A stretch of 64,000 nt of DNA, taken from the NCBI GenBank assembly GCA_964016885.1, contig OZ024742.1, forward strand, positions 275,342,001 through 275,406,000, written 5' to 3'. A model generated the notes under the pieces. The model was not told the DNA's origin. It was given only the letters and a program-made list of their open reading frames with translations, and made no database searches. A program made the position numbers and the translations under genes. This document shows positions 54,246-64,000 of the stretch, in pieces. Source of the stretch: Eledone cirrhosa. Taxonomy: Eukaryota. Numbering within the stretch: the stretch's first letter is position 1; each line of letters starts with the position of its first letter.

Positions 54246-57078
54246 TAGTAGGGGTGTTAGTGGGATGAGTGAGTGTGGAGCGAGGGTGTGGGTGGAGCGG
54301 GGAGAGAAGGGTGTGTGTGGTTCTATGGAGGGAGTGTGGTGTACTGGTGTGTGTGTAGTTTGATGAAGAGGTGTTAATGGGTGTTAGTCTACGGGAGGTG
54401 GGGAGGGGTTGAATGCAGGTGTGAGTGGGGGTTAGTGGTGGTAGGGTGTGTAGAGTTGGTGGTGTATGAGGGTGTGTGGGTACGTGTGCGTGGGGTTGGG
54501 GGGTGTTAGTGATGTTAGTTGCGTGTGGGGTGGGTGGTGTAAGTGGGTGCGTGTGTTCGTGTGCTTGGGGTTAGGGGGTGTTAGTGAGGTTAGTTGCCGG
54601 GTGGTGGGATGGAGGTGTGGGGGTGAGAGGTGTGGGGGTGAGGGTTAGTGGTGGTAGTAGGGTGTGTGTTTAGTGTGAGCGCGTGTATATATGTGCCGGT
54701 GGGTGTGTGCGTGTGATAAGGAGGGGGAGGAGGAGAAGAGGGGAGGGAAGGATGTTAGTATTGTTAGTGTGGGGTGGGCGGTGAAAAGGAGGGGTGTGTT
54801 AGTGGTGTTAGTGGGGGATAAGTGTGGGGGGAGGGCGGCGGTCGAACGCTAAAGGAATAAGGGTGGGGAGTTCAGGCCGGGGGAGTGTGGGTCTGTAAGA
54901 TGAAGATAGTTCGTTGTTCGACCGTAAGGCGATGGGCGGGTGTTCCGTGGCACTGGAGTAGGCCACAGACTGTGAGATGGCGTGCGGAGTGTCCAGGGCC
55001 ACCAAAGTGGCGGGCGAGGGGGGAACTGCCCCCGAGACGAATATCCCGGAGGTGCTCCGTGACTCGGTCCGTGACTCGGTCCGTGACTCGGTCCGTAGAC
55101 TAGGTTGGAGGAGGTGCAGCGGAAGGCATGCCGGACCGAGAGAGAGTGGCCGTTGGGACCCTGGAAGGTGGTGGTGTTGGTGATGTGGGGACAGGTGTTG
55201 CAGCGGGGCCTAGAACAGGGAAAGGAACCGGGGGGGGAACAGAGCGTGGGTTGGGGGATAGGGAGCTGTGGACGAGGAGGGTGCGGAGATTGCGTGCGCG
55301 TTTGAAGGAGGGGAGTGGTGGGGTTGGGAAGATGTGGGAGGTGGAGGGGTCGGACTGGAGGCGTCGGAAGAGGCGGCGGATGGTGCGGTGGAGGGGTGGT
55401 AGGTGATGGGGAAGGGGAGACGGTGGGTGGGTGTGCGGTGGCGTGGGGTGAGGGTGGTGGAGCGGGGGACAGCACGGGCGCGGGTGAGAGCGGTGTAGAC
55501 GAGAGGGGGGGGGGGGTAACCTCTGCGGATGAAATGGCTGACTAGGGAAAGGGCCTGGGACTCGAAGTCAGTATCACGGCTACAGAGGCGGCGGATCCTG
55601 AGAAGTTGGGACTAGGGAATGGAGTGTTTAGTGTGGGTGGGGTGGGAAGAGGTGAAGTCGAGGTAAGAGTGGGAGTCGGTGGGTTTGAAGAAGGCGGAGG
55701 TGACGAGGGAGTGGTGGGAGGGGTCGAAGGCGACGAAGATGTCTAAGAAGTGGACGTGGGTGGTGGAGATAGAGGTGGTGAAGTGGAGGGAGGGGTGGAA
55801 GGAGCAGAAGAAGGAGAGAAAGGAGTCGAGCTGTTCTCGGGTGAGGGTCGTGGCTCCGATACAGTCGTCAATGTAACGACCGTACAGTTCGGGCGTGGGG
55901 CCGGTGTACTGGGAAAAGATTTGGGCCTCAACATGGCCAACAAAAAGGTTGGCATAGTTCGGGCCCATTCTTGTACCCATGGCTACCCCCGTGACCTGTT
56001 GGTAAAACTCACCCGAGAAGGAGAAACAATTTAGGGTGAGGACCAGCTCGGCGAGGCGAAGGAGGGTGGGGTGGAGGGAATGGGGGAGGGGCGAAGGTCG
56101 AGGTAGTGTTTGAGGGCGCGAAGGCCGTCGGTGTGGGGGATGACTGTATAGAGGGACTTGATGTCTAGGGTGAAGAGGAAGGGCTGTGGGCCGGGTAGGT
56201 AGGTGAAGGAGTCGAAAAGGCGCAGGGCGTGGTTGGTGTCGGAGATGTGGGAGGGGAGGGTGGTGACAAGGGGGGCGAGGAGGGAGTCGAGAAAGGCGGA
56301 GATGAGTTCGGTGGGGCAGTTGCAAGCGCAAACGATGGGGCGGCCGGGGTTGTCGGGTTTGTGGAGTTTGGGGAGGAAGTAGATGGTGGGGGTGCGGGGG
56401 GTGCGGACGATGAGGTGGGAAGCGGGGGGGGAGGCGATAAGGTCTTTGATGGTGGAGGAGACTTGTTGTTGGTAGAGGGGGTTGGGATCGGAGGGTAGAG
56501 GGCGGTAAAAGAGGGGGTTACAGAGCTGCCTGAGGGCTTCGGCCGTGTAGAGGTCCGCGCGCCATACCACTACGGCGCCTCCCTTGTCCGCCGGTTTGAT
56601 GACGATGTCATCTCGGCTACGGAGGGAGCGGAGAGCGAGGAGTTCGCCCCGTGAGATATTGTGCCGTTTGGAACGGTGGCGGAAGTCGAAACGATTTACT
56701 GCGCTACGGCTGGCATCGACGAAGGCGTCCAGGGTGCTAAATTGCCCTGGGGCCGGCGTCCAAGAAGATGGTCGTCGGCCCAGGGCGAGAAACGGGTCTG
56801 GGGCGTCCGGAGCCGGTGGCGTTCGGCCGAAATGTGCCTGTAGCTTAGTGCGTCGCACGAATCGCTCGACTTCCGTTCGGGTGCGGAACTCGTCGCTGTG
56901 CGAAGTGTGGGGTATGAAGCGAAGGCCTCTACTAAGGAGTGAGCGCTCAGGTGCGGAGAGGGGGAGGTCAGGGGGTATGGTGACAACAAGGGGTGGAGTT
57001 TGGGTGTTTGGGGGGAAGGGAGGGTGTGGTGAGGGGTGAGGTGGAGGGTGGAGATTGGGTAGGGGTGTGGGTCGAGGG
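53270..57078 (-). mobile_element. GC-rich Neptune-like PLE, 5'-truncated, GIY-YIG core deleted
   Basis: KPADKGG, PKLHKPDNPGRPIV, GVAMGTRMGP, RYIDD, KPTDSHSYL, C..RCNTC linker; HHR and AATAAA at the 3' end. Confidence 0.9.
53354..53390 (-). ncRNA. Minimal PLE-type hammerhead
   Basis: cAC-CUGAGGA-a-GGGC uuau GCCC-GAA-ACGU-C^GUc; stem I is only 2 bp. Confidence 0.7.
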
Positions 57079-57096
57079 ATATATATATATATATAT

Positions 57097-57950
57097 ATAA
57101 ATACATAAACGGAGAAAGCTAATAGCGATACTCCAGCCAAATTCCAACTCACTCAACAAAAATTAGGAAATACCTGAGTATATTCCTAATTAAACGTTCG
57201 GGGTGCTAACTATATTGTATTGTGAGGAGAATTGTCTGTATCATTTCATATGAGATATATCAAATATATCACTTCCCAGACGACTCGTTTCATTATAAGA
57301 TTTCTACAAGTTGGGTGAAATTATACCAAATTATGTAGAAGCTTGTATAAGATCAACAGATACTTATACAAGTGGGCTCTTATAATTCTTCAGTGGGTGC
57401 CCAATAATATTAATATTGATAACCAAATCAACATCAATATTTAGCGATAATCACCATCAGTGCTTGAGGGAGCTGCTAGGTTGTTAGTCCAACAGTTCTA
57501 AAGAAAATCTCACACTGTCTCGAAAATAGGAGGAAGGAGACTACCGCCAAAAAACAATACATGCGCAGGTCAGTTGAATTCCGATACGAATTCAAGCCAC
57601 GTGCTCAGAACTCAATTGGATATGAAAAAATAACCATATGTGCGCTTCGCTTAATGACACATATAGATATTTTCTCGGGCAAAATAATAGAATGAGATAC
57701 AAGAACAAACAGTCAATATTCATATAAAAAATAAACAAAGAGAGTCATACCTTATTTCGGGAAAGTTCATATCTGTTGCACCAAGAGTAAATATATAAAT
57801 ACATAAACGGAGAAAGCTAATAGCGATACTCCGGCCAAATTCCAACTCACTCAACAAACATTAGGAAATATCTGAGTATATTCCTAATTAAACGTTCGGG
57901 GTGCTAACTATATTGTATTGTGTGGAGAATTGGCTGTATCATTTCATTAT
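57097..57950 (-). mobile_element. 698-bp retrozyme-like monomer with ~150-bp terminal direct repeat
   Basis: atacataaacggagaaagc.. at 57101 and 57799; TA flanks; internal HHR. Confidence 0.75.
57275..57397 (-). ncRNA. Type I hammerhead with branched, enlarged stem II
   Basis: CCCA-CUGAAGA-AUUAUAAG..two hairpins..CUUAUAAU-GAA-ACGagUCGU-C^UGGG. Confidence 0.8.
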
Positions 57951-57977
57951 AGATTATGATATAAGATATATCATATG

Positions 57978-58090
<113 letters not shown>

Positions 58091-58184
58091 TCGTATACAT
58101 TAGAATGTGTGCGTGAGTGAGACAAAGAGTTTATAAGCTAACATAAATACGGCATGAAAGTTGATTATAATGACGATTGTATTT

Positions 58185-58330
58185 GACTGGTACTTTATTT
58201 TGTTGACTCTGGAAAGATGAAAAGATAAGCTGCCGTCGGTGGAATCTGAACTCGAAATGTAAATTACCGTAACTAATGCCGCTGCAGACTTTGTATGGAG
58301 TTCTAACAATTCTGCCTACCCATCGATTAC
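58185..58330 (-). mobile_element. tRNA-derived SINE, diverged
   Basis: actggtactttattttg..ggaaagatgaaa..tctgaactc is the reverse of the SINE core and B-box. Confidence 0.6.
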
Positions 58331-59589
58331 GTGCTAATAATACAAGACACAAACATGTCGATGAACTTTTTTACTTCAATTTCATACTTTTGTTATTTTC
58401 ACTGAATATGATTGTCTTCCTTAGAGTGTGTATCGGGCGGTTGCTGGATGGGGTTATGTTTGCTATTTGTACATCTGTCTCTTGTTTTAGTAATGTTTGT
58501 TGCAGGTTAGATTTTCGATTTTATCTCCATAGATTGCTGTCAATAAAGTTATGATATATTACAACAGATTCATTTGGGCGGGAGAAGTAAAAAAAAAATC
58601 TTAAACGTAAACAAAAAAGCATCTTCAGCGAACAGGAAATAGACATTTGATATGGGAGAAATGTTGTATATTATTGATTGTTAGAAAGCATCTAATGATA
58701 TAGCTGTAAAATAAATCATGTGAAATCTATAGTTATTGGAGACTTTAGTTTGGAAAGTTCAGACAGGGCTTTACAGCCAAACATATTGACATTCCAGTAG
58801 ATGTGAAAGCTTACGTCACCTTGATTATGTTTGTTATTTTCTTTTCTATGTTGTTGTTTTAGTTGTTGCATTTTATTTTGTTTCTAACTTACTCTTTTCT
58901 CTTCACTGCCTCTTCTTTTTGCTCTCTCTTTCTCTCTCTCTTTCTCTCTCTCTCTTTCGCTCTCTTTCTCTCTCTCTTTTTCTCTGTCACACGTTCCCTC
59001 TTTATGCAGTGTCCATGTCTTCATAGGTGAGTATTGATCTAAGAGATTATATTAAAAATTATAAACATTATCTTGTGTGATAAGTAACCGAACTATAGAA
59101 TAGATTGATATATTTATAGATACAATATAGATGTAATAAGCACTATATAGATGCGTATATAACTTGATGGGTTTACAAATCTTCTGGTGAAGACTGAACT
59201 AATTTGGAGTAAAAGTAAGTAATAATAGTTAAGATTTAAGCCAGTACATATACAATATAGATATATACATACATACACACAACTATATACGTACATACAC
59301 GTGCATACGCGAAAACGCACGCCATTCATACATATACATGCAGATACGCATAAACTCGCGCACGCGTACGTATACTAGGCTCATATATAGACATATACCC
59401 GCGCACATACACGATAGTGAGGGACAGAGATCGCTGGAGAGAGCTCGTCCATGGATCTCGGGAATTTTACCCGCCCCAGATAGATAGATATATATATATA
59501 ATAGCTGACCCGTCCGGCTGGCGCCCGGCAAGGTATACCTGCCCCCACCACTCCACTGCAAAGATACCCTCCCGTGTTACATTGTCCTT

Positions 59590-59696
<107 letters not shown>

Positions 59697-59929
59697 CATT
59701 TCTATTTCATGTGTTTATATTGAAGAGAGATACGTAAACTAAAACAGTGTTGTCATATAGAGAGTGAAGAGCGACAGAGAGAGTAAAGCAGTTAAATTAT
59801 GATCTTACATACATACATACATACATAATTATATAGAGAGGGAATGCATACATACATACATACATACATACATACATACATACATACATACATACATACA
59901 TACATACATACATACATACATACATACAT

Positions 59930-59990
59930 ACATGATGATGGCTGCCCCCTCGTTATCGAGTATGGCCATTGCACGAGGAGAAAAAAAAAA

Positions 59991-60038
<48 letters not shown>

Positions 60039-60079
60039 AAAATAAAATAAAAATTAAAAAATAAAAATTAAAAAAAGAA

Positions 60080-60110
<31 letters not shown>

Positions 60111-63100
60111 CATACATATATACACACACACACATACTCATACACATATACACACACACATACATTAATAACAATAATATATATACATATACATACATAT
60201 ATACACACACATACTCATACACACATACACACACACATACATGAATAACAATAATAATAATAATAATAATAACAACAATAATAATAACGACAACAATAAT
60301 AATATACATATAGATATACACACACACGCACACACATAAGCATATCTACACACACACACACACACGATAGCAACTAACAGCGCTGCGATCGAATGTGGCT
60401 TTTTAGCCCAGCCAATGAAGGAAAATGTCTTGCACAGAGTCGGCAACCAAAACATTTACTGGGAATAGTCGGCTGTGGTTGGAGTTCGTGTACTTTTGCA
60501 TGTCGCTTGAGCCCTCCTGCTGATTTACATTCGCTACCACATGTTTGGCAATATATGATGAGTAGCATCTCCAACAGCAGCCTGGTAGTCAACCACTGGT
60601 CTTACTTTATGACTGCGAAGATGACTTTCGAGTCCAGCTTTGCTTAGGCAGAGTCTCGCACATACGCTGCATGTCAGCACCATAGGAGGACCCTCGCCGT
60701 CTGGAAGTGCAACAGCAATGCCCTTCCTCACATCCCGCTTTACTTTCTCGTATGCGATTCGAGATGCCTCAAAGGCAACTTTTCCCTGATATACAGTCTT
60801 TCTCCATTTATTACGATCAGCAGCAATATTCTCCCATGTATCAGCAGAGATGTTAGCGTCTTTCAGAGAGGCTTTCAAGGAATCCTTATACCTATTTTTT
60901 GGTTTATGTGGCGGTCGTTTTCCTTTAACCAACTCTCCATAAAAGAGTTGTTTTGGTATTCTAGAATCCTTCATCCTGGCAAGGTGACCACTCCAACGGA
61001 GTCGTTGCTTAAGCACAAGAGCTTCTATACTGTCACACATAGAGCTTTCTAAAATCTCGACATCACTGATGTGGTCCCTCCAGTGAACGCCATGGATCCG
61101 TCTGAGACACATCTGATGGAAACGCTCCAATTGCTTAAGGTGGTGTCGATATGTGACCCAGGTCTCGCAGGCATAAAGAAGACAAGAGAGCACACATGCC
61201 CTGTACACCTTTACCTTTGTCCTCCTGCATATGTCTCGCCGACCCCAGAGTCGCCTTTCTAGCTTTCCGAAAGCATCACTTGCTTTCCTAATCCTAAGTG
61301 AGATTTCACTGTCAAGGTTGCCGTATCGATTGACAGTGCTTCCCAGGTAGACAAACTGATCAACCACTCCAAGTCGTTTGCCATACACATAGATATTTGG
61401 TTCAGTGTACTGCTTACCAGGGGCAGGTTGGTACATGACGACGGTTTTCTTGAGACTGACAGTCAGACCTAGGGCAGTGCAAGCGTCAGAAAATGCATTC
61501 AAAATGTGCTGCATATCACTCTCTGTGTGCGCTACAAGATCGCAATCATCTGCATACAAGAGGTCTCTTATGATTGATGTAAATACTTTTGTCTTCGCAG
61601 CAAAGCGCCTGATGTTAAATATGCTGCCTGAGGTTCGATATCGGATGTAAACACCATGCTCGCAATTCCTGAATGCAATACATAAAACCATTGCAAAGTA
61701 TATGGCAAACAGGGTCGGTGCTGGAATATCCCCCTGTTTCACTCCATTTTTTACTGAGATAGGCTCCGACATGTTACCCCCGACATTAACCCAAGCCTTC
61801 ATGTTGTCATGGAAAGACCTAACTAAAGCAAGGAACTTATCAGGGCAACCAAGTTTCTGGAGAACCTTCCACAATGCATCTCTGTTAACGGTATCGAAAG
61901 CTTTTGTCAGATCGACAAAAACCTGATACAGATCCAAGCCTTGTTCCATGCACCTCTCCTGGAGCTGTCTAGCTGAGAAGATCATATCAGTAGTGCCGCG
62001 TCCAGCACGAAAACCAGATTGACTTTCAGGAAGAACACAATCTGCAATGTGTTTCAGCAGACGGTCCAGAAGCACCCTACATAAAACTTTCCCTACGACA
62101 GAAAGCAATGATATACCTCTGTAGTTTCCACAATCGTTCCTGTTACACTTTCCCTTGTACAAGACCACCATTACTGCATCTCTCCAGTCCTCAGGTACGG
62201 ATTCATTAGCCCATATCCTGCCAAACAAAGAGTGAAGATGTTGCAGGAGTCTCTCACCACCATATTGTAGGAGCTCAGCATGTATGCCATCCATACCTAG
62301 AGATCTTCCACTGTTCAGCTTCGAAATAGCCACTGCAACCTCCACAAGCGTCGGAGGTTCTGCGAGAGCTACTTTCACAGGACTTTCTGGAATGAGATTG
62401 AGGAAATCTTCACTGACGACAGACGGCTGATTCAAAAGATCATCAAAGTGCTCTCGCCACCTTCGTAGAATTCCTTGTGAGTCACGAAGAAGTTCTTTGC
62501 CATCCTTGCTGCGAAGCGGTGTCACCAGAGAAGAAGACGGTCCATAAACCTCACGCAAGAGACTGTACAACAGCTTTGTGTTATTGGAATCAGACGCAGT
62601 TTGTATCTCACCAGCCTTCTCACTCCACCACTGATCCTTCATCTGAGAAAGACTCCGCCTAACACGTGATTTTACATCCCTGAGTTCCTCATGCAACGTA
62701 TTCCTCTCCTGTGGTTTTGCCGTCAAGTAGCGTGACAGAGCACGCCTCTTATCAGCCAACAAGTCTTCTATATGTACATCATTCTCATTAAACCAGTCCT
62801 GATGTTTCCTCTGCGCCAATCCCAGAACACGCCTGCCTACATCATAAACCGACTTTTTAAGGGTCGGCCAATCCTCACCAAGATCTGCAGCCTGCTTCTC
62901 TTCTTCCAATGTCCTCTTCACATTTTTATCCTTAAGACAAGCAGCATTCAATCTTTTGGGCAGGGCAACACCAGGAGCCCGGATTTTACGTTTAGTGATC
63001 AGTTTCACTTTTGCGCGTACCAGGCGGTGGTCCGTCCAGCACTCAGCTCCACGAAGAACACGAACACACTGCACATCCTGTCTGTCACGCATCCTGACTA

Positions 63101-63925
63101 GGACGTAGTCCAAAAGATGCCATTCCTTAGATGCAGGATGCATCCATGTGGTCTTGAATTTGTTCTTTTGTTGGAACATGGTGTTAGTAACACACAGATC
63201 CAGCTCCTCACACATCTGCAGCAGGAGCATACCATTGCTGTTACACTTTCCCACCCCATGCCTTCCGATTACATTCCATGTGTTAAAATCCCTACCCACT
63301 CTAGCATTAAAGTCACCAAGCACGATGACTTTGTCTGCCTGAGGGATATTTCTTAAAACACCTTTCAAGGCATGGTAAAAGGACATCTTTTCCTCATCGA
63401 CAGAACTCATAGTTGGAGCATACACACTCACCAGGGTAGCATATCTTCCCTTGTCCAGCGGAACTCTCATGGACATAAGACGCTCACTAATCCCTACTGG
63501 GAATTCTTCTAATTTGTTCACAAGTACAGTCTTAACAGCAAATCCTACCCCAGCCTCTCTTCTGGTTCCTTCATCTCTTCCTTTCCAGAAGAATGTATAT
63601 TCTCCACAAAATTCCGTAAGATGACCATCTCCAGCTAACCTCGTCTCAGATAAAGCCACGATGTCAAGATCGTAACGTCGAAGCTCCTTTGCAACAAGAG
63701 CGGTCCTTCGTTCAGGACGCTCCAAGGAATCCCTGTCAAGCAGCATCCGTACGTTCCAGCAGCCAAGACTAAATGCCTTGTTTGGCTCTATTACAATGGC
63801 ACGATGACGAGCGGGCCCAGGCTGTGATAACCTGGGGCCCCTGCCCTTATTGCCAATGATCTTTTTTGTTCCAGAACCTAAATTGCCAATTATCTCTTTT
63901 ATATTGTTCTGGAACATCATTGAAT
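59930..63925 (-). mobile_element. RTE-clade LINE, apparently near full length
   Basis: Single APE-RT ORF; microsatellite-rich 3' UTR; conserved tail ending in (TGTA)n. Confidence 0.92.
60534..63920 (-). CDS. RTE ORF: APE endonuclease, reverse transcriptase, C2H2 zinc finger (1128 aa)
   Basis: WNVR, LSETR, YAPT, GDFNAR, LDY, TDH; YRGISLL, DLTKAFD, GVKQG, YADD; CSVC..H..SH. No internal stops. Confidence 0.92.
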   Translation of the reverse strand: MMFQNNIKEIIGNLGSGTKKIIGNKGRGPRLSQPGPARHRAIVIEPNKAFSLGCWNVRMLLDRDSLERPERRTALVAKELRRYDLDIVALSETRLAGDGHLTEFCGEYTFFWKGRDEGTRREAGVGFAVKTVLVNKLEEFPVGISERLMSMRVPLDKGRYATLVSVYAPTMSSVDEEKMSFYHALKGVLRNIPQADKVIVLGDFNARVGRDFNTWNVIGRHGVGKCNSNGMLLLQMCEELDLCVTNTMFQQKNKFKTTWMHPASKEWHLLDYVLVRMRDRQDVQCVRVLRGAECWTDHRLVRAKVKLITKRKIRAPGVALPKRLNAACLKDKNVKRTLEEEKQAADLGEDWPTLKKSVYDVGRRVLGLAQRKHQDWFNENDVHIEDLLADKRRALSRYLTAKPQERNTLHEELRDVKSRVRRSLSQMKDQWWSEKAGEIQTASDSNNTKLLYSLLREVYGPSSSLVTPLRSKDGKELLRDSQGILRRWREHFDDLLNQPSVVSEDFLNLIPESPVKVALAEPPTLVEVAVAISKLNSGRSLGMDGIHAELLQYGGERLLQHLHSLFGRIWANESVPEDWRDAVMVVLYKGKCNRNDCGNYRGISLLSVVGKVLCRVLLDRLLKHIADCVLPESQSGFRAGRGTTDMIFSARQLQERCMEQGLDLYQVFVDLTKAFDTVNRDALWKVLQKLGCPDKFLALVRSFHDNMKAWVNVGGNMSEPISVKNGVKQGDIPAPTLFAIYFAMVLCIAFRNCEHGVYIRYRTSGSIFNIRRFAAKTKVFTSIIRDLLYADDCDLVAHTESDMQHILNAFSDACTALGLTVSLKKTVVMYQPAPGKQYTEPNIYVYGKRLGVVDQFVYLGSTVNRYGNLDSEISLRIRKASDAFGKLERRLWGRRDICRRTKVKVYRACVLSCLLYACETWVTYRHHLKQLERFHQMCLRRIHGVHWRDHISDVEILESSMCDSIEALVLKQRLRWSGHLARMKDSRIPKQLFYGELVKGKRPPHKPKNRYKDSLKASLKDANISADTWENIAADRNKWRKTVYQGKVAFEASRIAYEKVKRDVRKGIAVALPDGEGPPMVLTCSVCARLCLSKAGLESHLRSHKVRPVVDYQAAVGDATHHILPNMW

Positions 63926-63961
63926 TGAAAAAAAAAAAAAAAAAAAAAAAAAGTAATAATA

Positions 63962-63992
<31 letters not shown>

Positions 63993-64000
63993 TAGTACAC

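Noticed and set aside
55057-55096. CRISPR-like repeat
   Set aside because: A 12-bp tandem repeat without spacers, in a eukaryotic TE.

Overview
Eukaryotic, gene-free, repeat-saturated window; the SINE and LINE types suggest a mollusc, probably an octopus-like cephalopod (inference). It holds non-LTR retrotransposons (CRE-like RT-RLE, R4/Dong-like RT-RLE, several Tx1/L1-like copies, one RTE with an uninterrupted 1128-aa ORF), two families of Penelope-like elements (PLEs), a decayed hATm-like DNA transposon, tRNA-derived SINEs, Helitron-like fragments and many microsatellites. The main signal that the ORF track does not show is RNA. By hand I found about 15 hammerhead-ribozyme (HHR) motifs from about eight sequence families. 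Most lie in PLE terminal repeats or in short non-coding, (TA)n-embedded tandem or fold-back elements that look like retrozymes (421, 698 and 752 bp units). The 752-bp unit carries all hammerhead core strands in a non-circularly permuted, pseudoknotted order. All folds were derived by eye; boundaries of decayed elements are approximate and no ribozyme activity is demonstrated.
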